From Promethearchaeota archaeon (GTDB lineage: Archaea; Asgardarchaeota; Lokiarchaeia; Sigyniarchaeales; SOKP01), in the NCBI GenBank assembly GCA_048938005.1, contig JBHLMQ010000045.1, forward strand, positions 1 through 25,478: 25,478 nt of DNA, written 5' to 3'. This document shows positions 8,311 through 17,312 of this stretch, in pieces; the stretch's first letter is position 1; each line of letters opens with the position of its first letter. Below the pieces are notes generated by a model that saw only the letters and a list, made by a program, of their open reading frames with translations, did no database searches and was not told the DNA's origin. The position numbers and the translations under genes are program-made.

Positions 8311-9741
8311 TTATGCTTGGGTGATAAAAGCTTCATATAATATATTTATAGCCTTTTTACAATTTTTTCTTTCGATAATTGCTGTAAAATTTAACTCTGA
8401 AGAACCTTGAGCTATAGCTAAAATATTTATGTTATTGTTACCTAAGGTTGTAAAAACTTTACCTGCAATCCCTGGTGTATGAAGTACGCCCGCTCCAATA
8501 ACCGCAACTAATGAAATTTCATTATTTATCTTAACTCGGAACCATTTCTTCCCAAATAATTTAGAATTTCTTAATAAAAAGCTTACTTTCATTGAGTCTT
8601 CAAAATCAATTCCAAATGTAATATTATTTTCTGAGGAACTCTGAGATATAAATATAATGTTAACATTATTATCTCCTAATAAAGAGAAAATTTTTGAGGC
8701 AGTTCCAGGTAAGGGGACCATTGTGTCACTTTCTACCGTGACCATAGAAAGCTTATAAATAGATGTTATAGCTTTTATAATCTTCCCATCTTTCACAATT
8801 TCTTTTGTAATAGTTGTAAATTCCTTTGATCCTGGATCAATAAAGGACTTAATTTCAGAGGGAATACCACCTTTTTCACTTACATCGAGGCAAAGTGGGT
8901 GAAGTACTTTTGTACCGAAGAAAGCAAGTTCTTTTGCCTCTATATACGAAATCTGTTTTAGAAGAGATGTTTTTTCAGAAATTTTTGGATCAGCATCTAA
9001 TAATCCTTTAACATCTTTCCAATAAATTACCCTGCAATTAAAAGAAGGTTTTAATGAATATGCAAGTATAGCTGCAGTTAAATCGCTACCTCCTCTACCT
9101 AATGTAGTTATTTTTTTGTCTTTCTTTGTGGCTCCAAAAAATCCTGTAACACATATTATTCGATTAGATTCATCATTTAATAAGGGGACTAATTTATCAT
9201 TAACAAGTAATTCAGAATCTCCTAATAACGGTAATGCGTTTCCGAAATTATCATCCGTAATAATTAAATCTTGGGAAGAAATGAATTTGGTTTTAATTCC
9301 AATTGAATTTAAATATTGTGTTAAAATATAAGTACTGAGCTTTTCACCATAAGAAATAATGAGATCTTGAATGTCTAAGCTTGGCCTAATTAATTGAATT
9401 ACTCTTCCTAATTGTCTTAGCTCCTCAATATTTTTTCTAAGAAACTCTATTGATTTTATATATTCCTCTTTTTCTGAACTAATAATTTGATTAATTAATT
9501 TTGAATGAGTAATGTTAATTTCTGTTATGATTTGTTCGCATTCGGAACTTTCAGCACAAGAAGTTGTATAAAAATCGATTAGTTTGTCAGTAATACCTTT
9601 CATAGCTGAACTAACAATTAACAATTTAGATTGATTTAAATAATTTCTAATTATTTTTGATGTTTGTTCAAATGATTTAGAATCTTGGAGACATGTCCCT
9701 CCAAATTTCATAATTATTAGATCTTCTTTATCTGGAGCCAA
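8311..9741 (-). CDS. lysC: Aspartate kinase with two C-terminal ACT domains
   Basis: MKFGGT, VSSAMKGITDKL, SYGEKLS, TTLGRGGSDLTA, WKDVKGLLDADP, EAKELAFFGTKVLHP, and ACT motifs ISQSSSE and IAQGSSE. Confidence 0.93.
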   Translation of the reverse strand: MAPDKEDLIIMKFGGTCLQDSKSFEQTSKIIRNYLNQSKLLIVSSAMKGITDKLIDFYTTSCAESSECEQIITEINITHSKLINQIISSEKEEYIKSIEFLRKNIEELRQLGRVIQLIRPSLDIQDLIISYGEKLSTYILTQYLNSIGIKTKFISSQDLIITDDNFGNALPLLGDSELLVNDKLVPLLNDESNRIICVTGFFGATKKDKKITTLGRGGSDLTAAILAYSLKPSFNCRVIYWKDVKGLLDADPKISEKTSLLKQISYIEAKELAFFGTKVLHPLCLDVSEKGGIPSEIKSFIDPGSKEFTTITKEIVKDGKIIKAITSIYKLSMVTVESDTMVPLPGTASKIFSLLGDNNVNIIFISQSSSENNITFGIDFEDSMKVSFLLRNSKLFGKKWFRVKINNEISLVAVIGAGVLHTPGIAGKVFTTLGNNNINILAIAQGSSELNFTAIIERKNCKKAINILYEAFITQA

Positions 9742-9945
9742 ATCAATCCTTTATATTTATTATAATGAATTTATTTTGATTTTATAGATTAAAAGATATG
9801 TTAAAACTTAAATATTCATTTTGGAATTGAAATAAATTGCAATATTCTAAATTTTTAAAAATCTTATTGATTTACATTGATAATTCAATTACAAAAAAAA
9901 AACTTCCAAAAGAAAAATAAGAAACCATTTATTTTTTTCCTATAG

Positions 9946-11208
9946 ATGAAAAAAGTAGAATTACTTGCCCCAGCAAAAAATATAAAAGCTATTAAAGCAG
10001 CAATGAAATATGCGGATTCTGTTTACTTTGGGATTAGAAAATTTAATATGAGGATGCGTTCAGAAAATTTCGCTTTAGAAGATTTAAAAAAAGTTGTTGA
10101 TTTTTGTCATAAAAATAAATTGAAGGTTTATTTAACAACAAATATCTTAGTTTATGATAATGAGTTGAATTTTCTTCGTGAAATAATAGAAAAAAGTAAG
10201 GTGGCTGGTGTAGATGCTGTCATTGTTCATGATATAGCAGCAATTCAAATTGCCTTGGAAGTTGATATTCCCTTTCATATTTCTACTCAATGTAATGTAT
10301 CTAATTCTTTATCTGCCAAGTTTTATGAAAATCTTGGGGCTGAACGAATAATTCTAGCTAGAGAATTATCGCTTGAAAAAATAAAAGAGATTAAAAGAAA
10401 TTTAACTAAAACCGAAATAGAAACATTCATTCATGGCGCAATGTGCACTTCTGTTAGTGGTAGATGCTACTTTTCTCAAGATATATGTGGAACTGAAGAA
10501 AAATCTGCCAATAGAGGCAATTGTGAACAACCATGTAGGAGAAGGTGGTGGGTACGGGAAGAATCAGGTAGCGAATATATTTACAATGGAGTCAGATTTA
10601 TGAATTCAAGAGATTTATGTACTATTGCTTATATACCCGATCTGATTAAGGCAAATATCGATGCGTTTAAAATAGAAGGTCGAATGCGCCATCCGCATTA
10701 TGTGGAAATAGTCTCTAAAATATATCGAGAAGCTATTGAATCGTACTATAATAGAACATTTACAAAAAAGAAAGTAGGAAAATGGGTAACGGAGTTAAAA
10801 GAAGTATATAATAGGGGTTTTACACCCGGGTTTTATTTTAAAAGGATGACTGAAGAGGACCATCAACATAAATCACCAACAAATTTATCTCATTACAGAT
10901 ATATAAAGGTAGGTCAAATTAGGAAATATCATCAAGACCAGGGGTTTACAACTGTTTCATTAGACAATGGATATCTCTCAATAAATGATGATATTATAAT
11001 CATGGGTAAAAATACTGACACTTATATTCATCAGGAAGTTGAAATAATTAAACATAAAGGAAAAACAGTTGATAAATCACCCCGAGGAACAAAAAATAAA
11101 CAAATAATTATAGAGCTAAAAGTAAATGATGAAGTTGTTGGAAACGGACAAGATAAAGTTTATGTTTTTACTGATAAAACCTACAAAAAAAAGAAATATT
11201 CATTATGA
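9946..11208 (+). CDS. Peptidase U32 family protein (probable Fe-S, TrhP/RlhA-like RNA hydroxylation protein)
   Basis: ELLAPA, ADSVYFG, HISTQ, RIILAREL, ETFIHGAMC-x6-C...NRGNCEQPCRR and FKIEGRMR. Confidence 0.92.
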   Translation: MKKVELLAPAKNIKAIKAAMKYADSVYFGIRKFNMRMRSENFALEDLKKVVDFCHKNKLKVYLTTNILVYDNELNFLREIIEKSKVAGVDAVIVHDIAAIQIALEVDIPFHISTQCNVSNSLSAKFYENLGAERIILARELSLEKIKEIKRNLTKTEIETFIHGAMCTSVSGRCYFSQDICGTEEKSANRGNCEQPCRRRWWVREESGSEYIYNGVRFMNSRDLCTIAYIPDLIKANIDAFKIEGRMRHPHYVEIVSKIYREAIESYYNRTFTKKKVGKWVTELKEVYNRGFTPGFYFKRMTEEDHQHKSPTNLSHYRYIKVGQIRKYHQDQGFTTVSLDNGYLSINDDIIIMGKNTDTYIHQEVEIIKHKGKTVDKSPRGTKNKQIIIELKVNDEVVGNGQDKVYVFTDKTYKKKKYSL

Positions 11209-11257
11209 TTCTTTGATTTTAATTTAAGTAAGAACTTGAATAAATAAGGTTTTTGCT

Positions 11258-12175
11258 ATGGAGAAAGATAAAAAGAAAATAGTTGAATCCGTACCTAACT
11301 ATTCCGAAGGAGTAGATAATCAAAAGATTGAGTCAATTGCAGCTGAGATAAAAAATACTCCTAATACTCGTATTGTAGATGTACAATATGATTCTGATTA
11401 TAATAGAGCAGTTATCACATTTGTTGGGACTCCTGAAGCTGTTTTAAAGGCAAACGTTAATGCTGCTAAAAAAGCTATAGAATTAATTGATATGAATACC
11501 CATAAAGGTCAACATCCTCGAATTGGGGCCGTTGATGTTGTTCCTTTCGTTCCAGCACAAAATGTGACGATGGAAGAATGTATTGATTTATCGGTAAAAT
11601 TTGCAGAAACAATGGCAAAAGAAGGAGTACCTGTTTATCTTTATGAAGAATCTGCTCGGAAAATGGAGAGAAAAAATATTGATAACATTCGTAAGGGTGA
11701 ATATGAAAAACTCAAAGAAGCTATTAAAACTGATCCAGAACGGAAACCCGATTATGGACCATCTGAATTTCATCCTACAGCAGGTGCGATAATAACTGGT
11801 GCAAGAAATCCATTAATAAGCTTTAATATTAATTTAGGAACTAAAGATGTAAGAATTGCCAGGAAGGTTGCGAAAGCTATACACTTACGCTCCGGTGGAC
11901 TAGTAAATATAAAGGCGATGGGGACAGAATTAGCAAATCGAGATTATGTCCAAGTAGGGATTAGTAACATTAATTATAGGAAAACCCCACTATATAGGCA
12001 AATGGAACTAGTGAGGTTAGAAGCCGCTCGATATGGTATATCAGTAATAGGCTCTGAATTAGTTGGGGTATTACCTATGGAGGCTATTCTTAATTCTCTA
12101 GAATATTACTTACAACTTGAAAAGCCAGGGAAACTGGAGGAAAAACACTTATTAGAATATTATTTTGATTTTTAA
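11258..12175 (+). CDS. ftcD: Glutamate formiminotransferase (transferase part only, no fused cyclodeaminase)
   Basis: VESVPNYSEG, DYNRAVIT, IDMNTHKGQHPRIGAVDVVPF, PVYLYE, IRKGEYE, GARNPLISFNINL and SELVG. It is 305 aa and adjacent to the hut genes. Confidence 0.93.
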   Translation: MEKDKKKIVESVPNYSEGVDNQKIESIAAEIKNTPNTRIVDVQYDSDYNRAVITFVGTPEAVLKANVNAAKKAIELIDMNTHKGQHPRIGAVDVVPFVPAQNVTMEECIDLSVKFAETMAKEGVPVYLYEESARKMERKNIDNIRKGEYEKLKEAIKTDPERKPDYGPSEFHPTAGAIITGARNPLISFNINLGTKDVRIARKVAKAIHLRSGGLVNIKAMGTELANRDYVQVGISNINYRKTPLYRQMELVRLEAARYGISVIGSELVGVLPMEAILNSLEYYLQLEKPGKLEEKHLLEYYFDF

Positions 12176-12179
12176 GTAA

Positions 12180-13496
12180 TTAACTAGGTAAATCGTAATT
12201 AACAACTATTTTTCCATTTTTTATTACCTTAGATACTAGATTTACACCAAAATGATATGGTAAAAATTCATGATTTGGAACGTCAAAAATTATTAAATCT
12301 GCTTTTTTTCCAATTTCAAGACTTCCAATTTCATCCTGTCTTTGAACAGCACAAGCACTATTAATTGTTGCAGCTGTGAGAGCCTCTGCTGGTGAGAGCT
12401 TCATATGATAACAAGATAACGTAATAATCATTTGCATTGATTCCGTCCAGCAATTTGGATTGAGATCAGTAGCTAAGGCAATAGGGATTCCTAATTCCAT
12501 CATTTTTCTTGCAGGTGCATATTCCTTTAACATTAAACAAAAAGGAGTTCCGGGTAAAAGCGTAGCTATGACTCCCGATTCTGCCATAGCCTTTAAGCCA
12601 TCATCATTCGATTTCAGTAAGTGACTTGTTTGAATTGCTTTTATTTCAGAAGCTAATAAAGCCCCACTAGTATCTGCAATCTCATCAATATGAATTTGAG
12701 GTTTTAAACCATATCTAATTGCAGTTTTCAATATCTTTTTTGTTTGCTTTATTGAAAATATTCCTTCTTCACAAAACACATCACAAAATTCAGCAAGACC
12801 TTCTTTAGCAATTTTGGGAATCATATCAGAAATGATTAATTCCACATATTCATCAGGTTTTTCAATATATTCTGGTGGTATAGCATGGGCACCTAAAAAA
12901 GTTGGAATTACGTCCAATGGGTGTTCCTCATTCAAAATTTGGATAGCTTTTAACTGTTTAATCTCACTATCAGTAGTTAAACCATATCCAGATTTTATTT
13001 CTACTGTAGTAGTCCCATAAGACATCATTCGATCTAAAATTCTTTTTCCATTTTCGATTAATTTTTCTAAGGACGCTTGCCTTGTATCGCGAACTGTCTT
13101 TAAAATACCTCCTCCGTTTTTTAAAATCTCAATATAAGTTTTCCCCTCAAGTTTCATAGATAATTCATTTTCTCTTGTACCTTCAAAGATTATATGGGTA
13201 TGCGGATCCACGAATCCCGGCGTTACTAACTTATTTGAAGCATCAATTTTAGTGGTAATTTTTCCAAATTCGTACTTGGACATTAATTCTTCAGTTGTCC
13301 CAACAAAAATAATTCTATCATCTTTAACCGCTAATGCTCCTTCTTGTATTATCGCTATTTCAGACATGCCAGCACCTATTCTTGGAGCACCAAATTTAGT
13401 ATTCATAGTTACTAGCTCATTTACATTAAATATAACAAGGTCAGGGTTAACATCAGAAAAAATTTCTTTTTTGGTGTAAGTTGATGCAACAAACAA
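12180..13496 (-). CDS. hutI: Imidazolonepropionase
   Basis: PGFVDPHTH, GGGILKTV, GTTTVEIKSGYGL, TFLGAHA, FCDVFCEEG, HIDE and LATDLNP. The TTG start lies 1 nt after the hutH stop. Confidence 0.95.
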   Translation of the reverse strand: MFVASTYTKKEIFSDVNPDLVIFNVNELVTMNTKFGAPRIGAGMSEIAIIQEGALAVKDDRIIFVGTTEELMSKYEFGKITTKIDASNKLVTPGFVDPHTHIIFEGTRENELSMKLEGKTYIEILKNGGGILKTVRDTRQASLEKLIENGKRILDRMMSYGTTTVEIKSGYGLTTDSEIKQLKAIQILNEEHPLDVIPTFLGAHAIPPEYIEKPDEYVELIISDMIPKIAKEGLAEFCDVFCEEGIFSIKQTKKILKTAIRYGLKPQIHIDEIADTSGALLASEIKAIQTSHLLKSNDDGLKAMAESGVIATLLPGTPFCLMLKEYAPARKMMELGIPIALATDLNPNCWTESMQMIITLSCYHMKLSPAEALTAATINSACAVQRQDEIGSLEIGKKADLIIFDVPNHEFLPYHFGVNLVSKVIKNGKIVVNYDLPS

Positions 13497-13497
13497 A

Positions 13498-15024
13498 TCA
13501 ATCTGCCTCGAGGAATTTTTGAATGATATTTATTAATTTTTTACTTCTTATAATTTCTGTTGCTAAGTCTATATAATCGGAGAGTATTGTATCTTCAGTT
13601 ATATGTGGGATTTTCTCTCGTATATATTTATAACATGCTTCCAAAGTTTTACTAGATTTTAATGGTCTTCTAAAATCGAATGCTTGAATTGCACATAAAA
13701 GTTCAATTCCAAGTACTTTTTCAAGATTAGATACAATTTTAAGGGCTTTTCTAGCACTTATGGACCCCATACTTACATGATCTTCTTGTCCTCCACCAGT
13801 AGGTATACTATCTGCACTTGCAGGAAAACAAAGAGATTTGTTTTCACTAACTAAAGCAGCTGAAGTATATTGAACCATCATAAATCCTGAATTTAATCCC
13901 GCGTTTTCTATTAAATATAAAGGCAAATCCCACTTACCCTCAAGCAATAAATAAATCCGACGATCAGATATATTTCCAAGCTCGGAAGCTGCTAAACTTA
14001 CATAATCGATAGGCAAGGCTAAGGGTTGTCCATGAAAGTTTCCTCCACTATACGTCTCATTTTCTCCAAAAACAATAGGGTTATCTGTTACAGAATTTAT
14101 TTCACATTCCAACTTCTCTTTTAAATGTGATAAGGCATCTCTTGAAGCTCCATGAACTTGTGGAATACATCGAAGAGAATAAGGATCCTGGACTCTTCCA
14201 CAGTCCTTATGAGATTCTACTAGTTGAGAATCCTCTAAGAATTTTCTCATTCTTTTAGAAACAATAACAGCTCCCTCGTGAGGCCTTAAGTCAATAAGTT
14301 TTTTGGCAAATGGTTGAGGGGATCCTAAATAGCTCTCAAGTGTTAAAGCACTAATGAGATCAGCATGCTCGAGACAATTTGATAATTTCTCAGTAATTTT
14401 TATAGCACATGCGGCTATAAATTGAGTTCCATTAATTAATGCTACTCCTTCTTTTGCTTGTAGCTTTAGTGGTTCTAAATTGTGTTCTTCTAATATTCTT
14501 TTAGCTGGAATATAATTATTACCATTTTTATATAAATAACCTAATCCAATCAGAGGTAGAAATAAATGAGCTAAGGGTGCCAAATCTCCAGAAGCTCCAA
14601 CTGAACCTTGTTCAGGAACTACTGGAATAAAATTATTATCTATATGCCAACATATTCGTTTTAGAAGGTCCAAGGAAATTCCAGAATATCCCATTGATAA
14701 TGCTTGTACTTTCAAGATAAGCATTAATTTGGAAATTTCATGATCTATTGGTAAACCCACCCCAACACTATGACTCTTGAGAAGATTTTCTTGTAATTTT
14801 CCAGTTTCTTCTTTTGAAATCCTAGTGGTGCAGAGAGATGCAAACCCTGTATTTATACTATATACTAATTTTTCCCCTTTAGCTATTGATTGAACAATCT
14901 CATAATTTTTATAAATTCGTTCTTTAACATTATCAGTTAGAATACCTCTCATATCTCCCCGTGATATTTTTAAAACTTTTTCTACTGTTAGATGATCCTC
15001 TCCGTATCTAAAAATATTATTCAT
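13498..15024 (-). CDS. hutH: Histidine ammonia-lyase
   Basis: MIO-forming GSVGASGDLAPL, the HAL-type SH specificity pair (LKSHSVG), INGTQ, QDPYSLRCIPQVHG, SVTDNP, GGNFHG and QEDHVSMG. Confidence 0.96.
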   Translation of the reverse strand: MNNIFRYGEDHLTVEKVLKISRGDMRGILTDNVKERIYKNYEIVQSIAKGEKLVYSINTGFASLCTTRISKEETGKLQENLLKSHSVGVGLPIDHEISKLMLILKVQALSMGYSGISLDLLKRICWHIDNNFIPVVPEQGSVGASGDLAPLAHLFLPLIGLGYLYKNGNNYIPAKRILEEHNLEPLKLQAKEGVALINGTQFIAACAIKITEKLSNCLEHADLISALTLESYLGSPQPFAKKLIDLRPHEGAVIVSKRMRKFLEDSQLVESHKDCGRVQDPYSLRCIPQVHGASRDALSHLKEKLECEINSVTDNPIVFGENETYSGGNFHGQPLALPIDYVSLAASELGNISDRRIYLLLEGKWDLPLYLIENAGLNSGFMMVQYTSAALVSENKSLCFPASADSIPTGGGQEDHVSMGSISARKALKIVSNLEKVLGIELLCAIQAFDFRRPLKSSKTLEACYKYIREKIPHITEDTILSDYIDLATEIIRSKKLINIIQKFLEAD

Positions 15025-15120
15025 TATATTTCACATTATTAATCTTATTATTATACTAAATCAAAATGTTGATATTCTTCAAATTTAAAATTTTTTAATC
15101 AATTTAAATCGATTTATTTA

Positions 15121-17142
15121 TTATTTGAGCCTTTTTAAATATTTATCTAGAATATTATCTAAAAGTTGATCTTCTGCGAGAAATGGTAATGTTAAATGCC
15201 CTCTTTTTTCATTTTCGATATTCCAATTATAAGCAGTCTCAAAAGCATTAGGATTCCTAGCCCAACTTCTTCTAGCTATACCTCCTATAACATCCCATTC
15301 TATTGCATTTTTGATAACATTGTCAACTCTTTCAGATCCATCTAAGACTAAACCAAATCCCCCATTGAAGCATTTTCCAATACCAACACCACCCCCATTA
15401 GAAAGAACTACATATGTCATACCTCTTACAGCATTTCCAGCAAAACAATGAACTGCCATTTCTGCCATTACATTACTTCCGTCCTTAATATTAGATGTTT
15501 CTCTAAAAGGTGAATCCGTCCCAGAAACGTCATGATGATCCCTCCCTAGCATTATTGGCCCAATTTCTCCTTTCCTCACTAAGTTATTAAATTTCAGAGC
15601 AATATTTATACGTTCTTTAGCATCGGCATATAGAATTCTTGCTTTCGTCCCTACAACTAATCTATTTTCTTTGGCATCTCTAATCCAATAATAATTATCC
15701 CTATCTTGAGCTCTTCCTTCTGGGTTAATTGAACTCATAGCTGCTTGATCAGTTTTATCTAAATCTTTTCCTTTTCCTGAAAGACAAACCCATCTAAATG
15801 GGCCATATCCATAATCAAAACATATAGGTCCCATTATATCTTCAACATATGATGGAAAGATAAAACCTTCCGATGGATCTATTCCATTTTTTGCTATACT
15901 CTTAGCACCTGCATCAAATACAGCTTTCATAAAGGAATTTCCATAATCCCAAAAATATGTGCCTCTTTCTGTCATTGTTTTTATAAGCTTGAATTGCTCA
16001 TTTAATGATTCATCAACAAGCTGTTTAAATCTATCAATATTGGTACTTAACAAATTTCTACCCTCTTTAAAGCTTATTTGATATGGTGTATAGCCTCCTT
16101 CATAGACAGCATGGCAAGAAGTTTGATCAGATGCAAGTTCTACTTTAATGTCTTTTTCAACTACATATCTCCATAAATTTACGATGTTTCCATTATAAGC
16201 TATAGATAAAGGTCTTCCTATTTTTCTCGCATCATCAACCCATCTAAAAATTTCATCTAAATTGTCAGATATTCGTGAAACCCATCCCTGATCATATCTA
16301 GTTTTAATTCTAGATTCATCAATTTCGGCTATCACTCCTATCCCACCGGCAATTTCTACTGCTTTAGCCTGAGCTCCACTCATACCTCCCAGTCCTGAAG
16401 ATAGATACAAAATACCTTTTAAATCTTTATCTTGAGGTATACCCAAATATAATCTCCCGGCATTTAATAAAGTGATATAGGTTCCATGGACAATTCCTTG
16501 AGGACCAATATACATCCAGCCCCCTGCTGTCATTTGACCATAATTAGCAACGCCAAGAGCAGCCGCTACTGAAAAACCATCTGGATTATCGAACATTCCT
16601 ACCATTAATCCATTTGTGGAAATTACTCGTGGAACTTTAGATGATGTTGGGAAGAGTCCAACAGGATGCCCTGATGTAATAACAAGTGTTTGATTTTCAT
16701 TCATTAGCTCGAGATAATTTTTTACAAGACGATATTGCATCCAATTTTGAAAAACTTGACCGCTTTCACCATATGTAGTTAACTCATATGGATAAAGCGC
16801 AACATCAAAATCAAGATTATTATCAATCATTACTTGAAGGGCTTTTCCCTCAAGAGTATTTCCAATATATTCATCCACGGGTTTTGCTTTAATATTACCT
16901 TCAGGTCTATACCTATATCCATAAATTCTCCCTCTTGTGATTAATTCTTCTAAAAATTCTGGAGCTAGTTTTTCATGTAATTCTATGGGTATATATCTAA
17001 GAGCATTCTTTAATGCAATTTTTGTTTGAGCATGATTTAATTTATATCCTCTAGATGGAGCTCGTCTTATACCTTCAATAAATTCAGGATATGGTGGTAA
17101 CTCACTAGATAATTTAATTCTCATAGCTTTTGAAATATCCAT
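15121..17142 (-). CDS. hutU: Urocanate hydratase (long ~670-aa type)
   Basis: ALKNALRY, GRIYGYR, NNLDFDVALYPYEL, YGQMTAGGWMYIGPQGIVHGT, SGLGGMSGAQ, SDQTSCH, GRDHHDVSGTDSPFRET and NGGGVG. Confidence 0.97.
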   Translation of the reverse strand: MDISKAMRIKLSSELPPYPEFIEGIRRAPSRGYKLNHAQTKIALKNALRYIPIELHEKLAPEFLEELITRGRIYGYRYRPEGNIKAKPVDEYIGNTLEGKALQVMIDNNLDFDVALYPYELTTYGESGQVFQNWMQYRLVKNYLELMNENQTLVITSGHPVGLFPTSSKVPRVISTNGLMVGMFDNPDGFSVAAALGVANYGQMTAGGWMYIGPQGIVHGTYITLLNAGRLYLGIPQDKDLKGILYLSSGLGGMSGAQAKAVEIAGGIGVIAEIDESRIKTRYDQGWVSRISDNLDEIFRWVDDARKIGRPLSIAYNGNIVNLWRYVVEKDIKVELASDQTSCHAVYEGGYTPYQISFKEGRNLLSTNIDRFKQLVDESLNEQFKLIKTMTERGTYFWDYGNSFMKAVFDAGAKSIAKNGIDPSEGFIFPSYVEDIMGPICFDYGYGPFRWVCLSGKGKDLDKTDQAAMSSINPEGRAQDRDNYYWIRDAKENRLVVGTKARILYADAKERINIALKFNNLVRKGEIGPIMLGRDHHDVSGTDSPFRETSNIKDGSNVMAEMAVHCFAGNAVRGMTYVVLSNGGGVGIGKCFNGGFGLVLDGSERVDNVIKNAIEWDVIGGIARRSWARNPNAFETAYNWNIENEKRGHLTLPFLAEDQLLDNILDKYLKRLK

Positions 17143-17312
17143 ACTTTATTCTAACCCCATTTAATATTTAAATTATATTGTTTTTGGGATACAAATCAAA
17201 TAAAAGAGAGATTCTAAAGAAACTCTTATTTTTTTTCTGAAGAATTAGTAATCTTTTCTTATTTAATCTTATATTTATTGAAAAAGAATAGAAAAGCGCT
17301 ACAAAAATTTCT

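Noticed and set aside
17143-17312. Weak inverted repeats upstream of hutU (ttgt...acaa; aagag...ctctt) as a Hut regulator site
   Set aside because: They are short, imperfect and expected by chance in AT-rich DNA, and no regulator gene is in the window.
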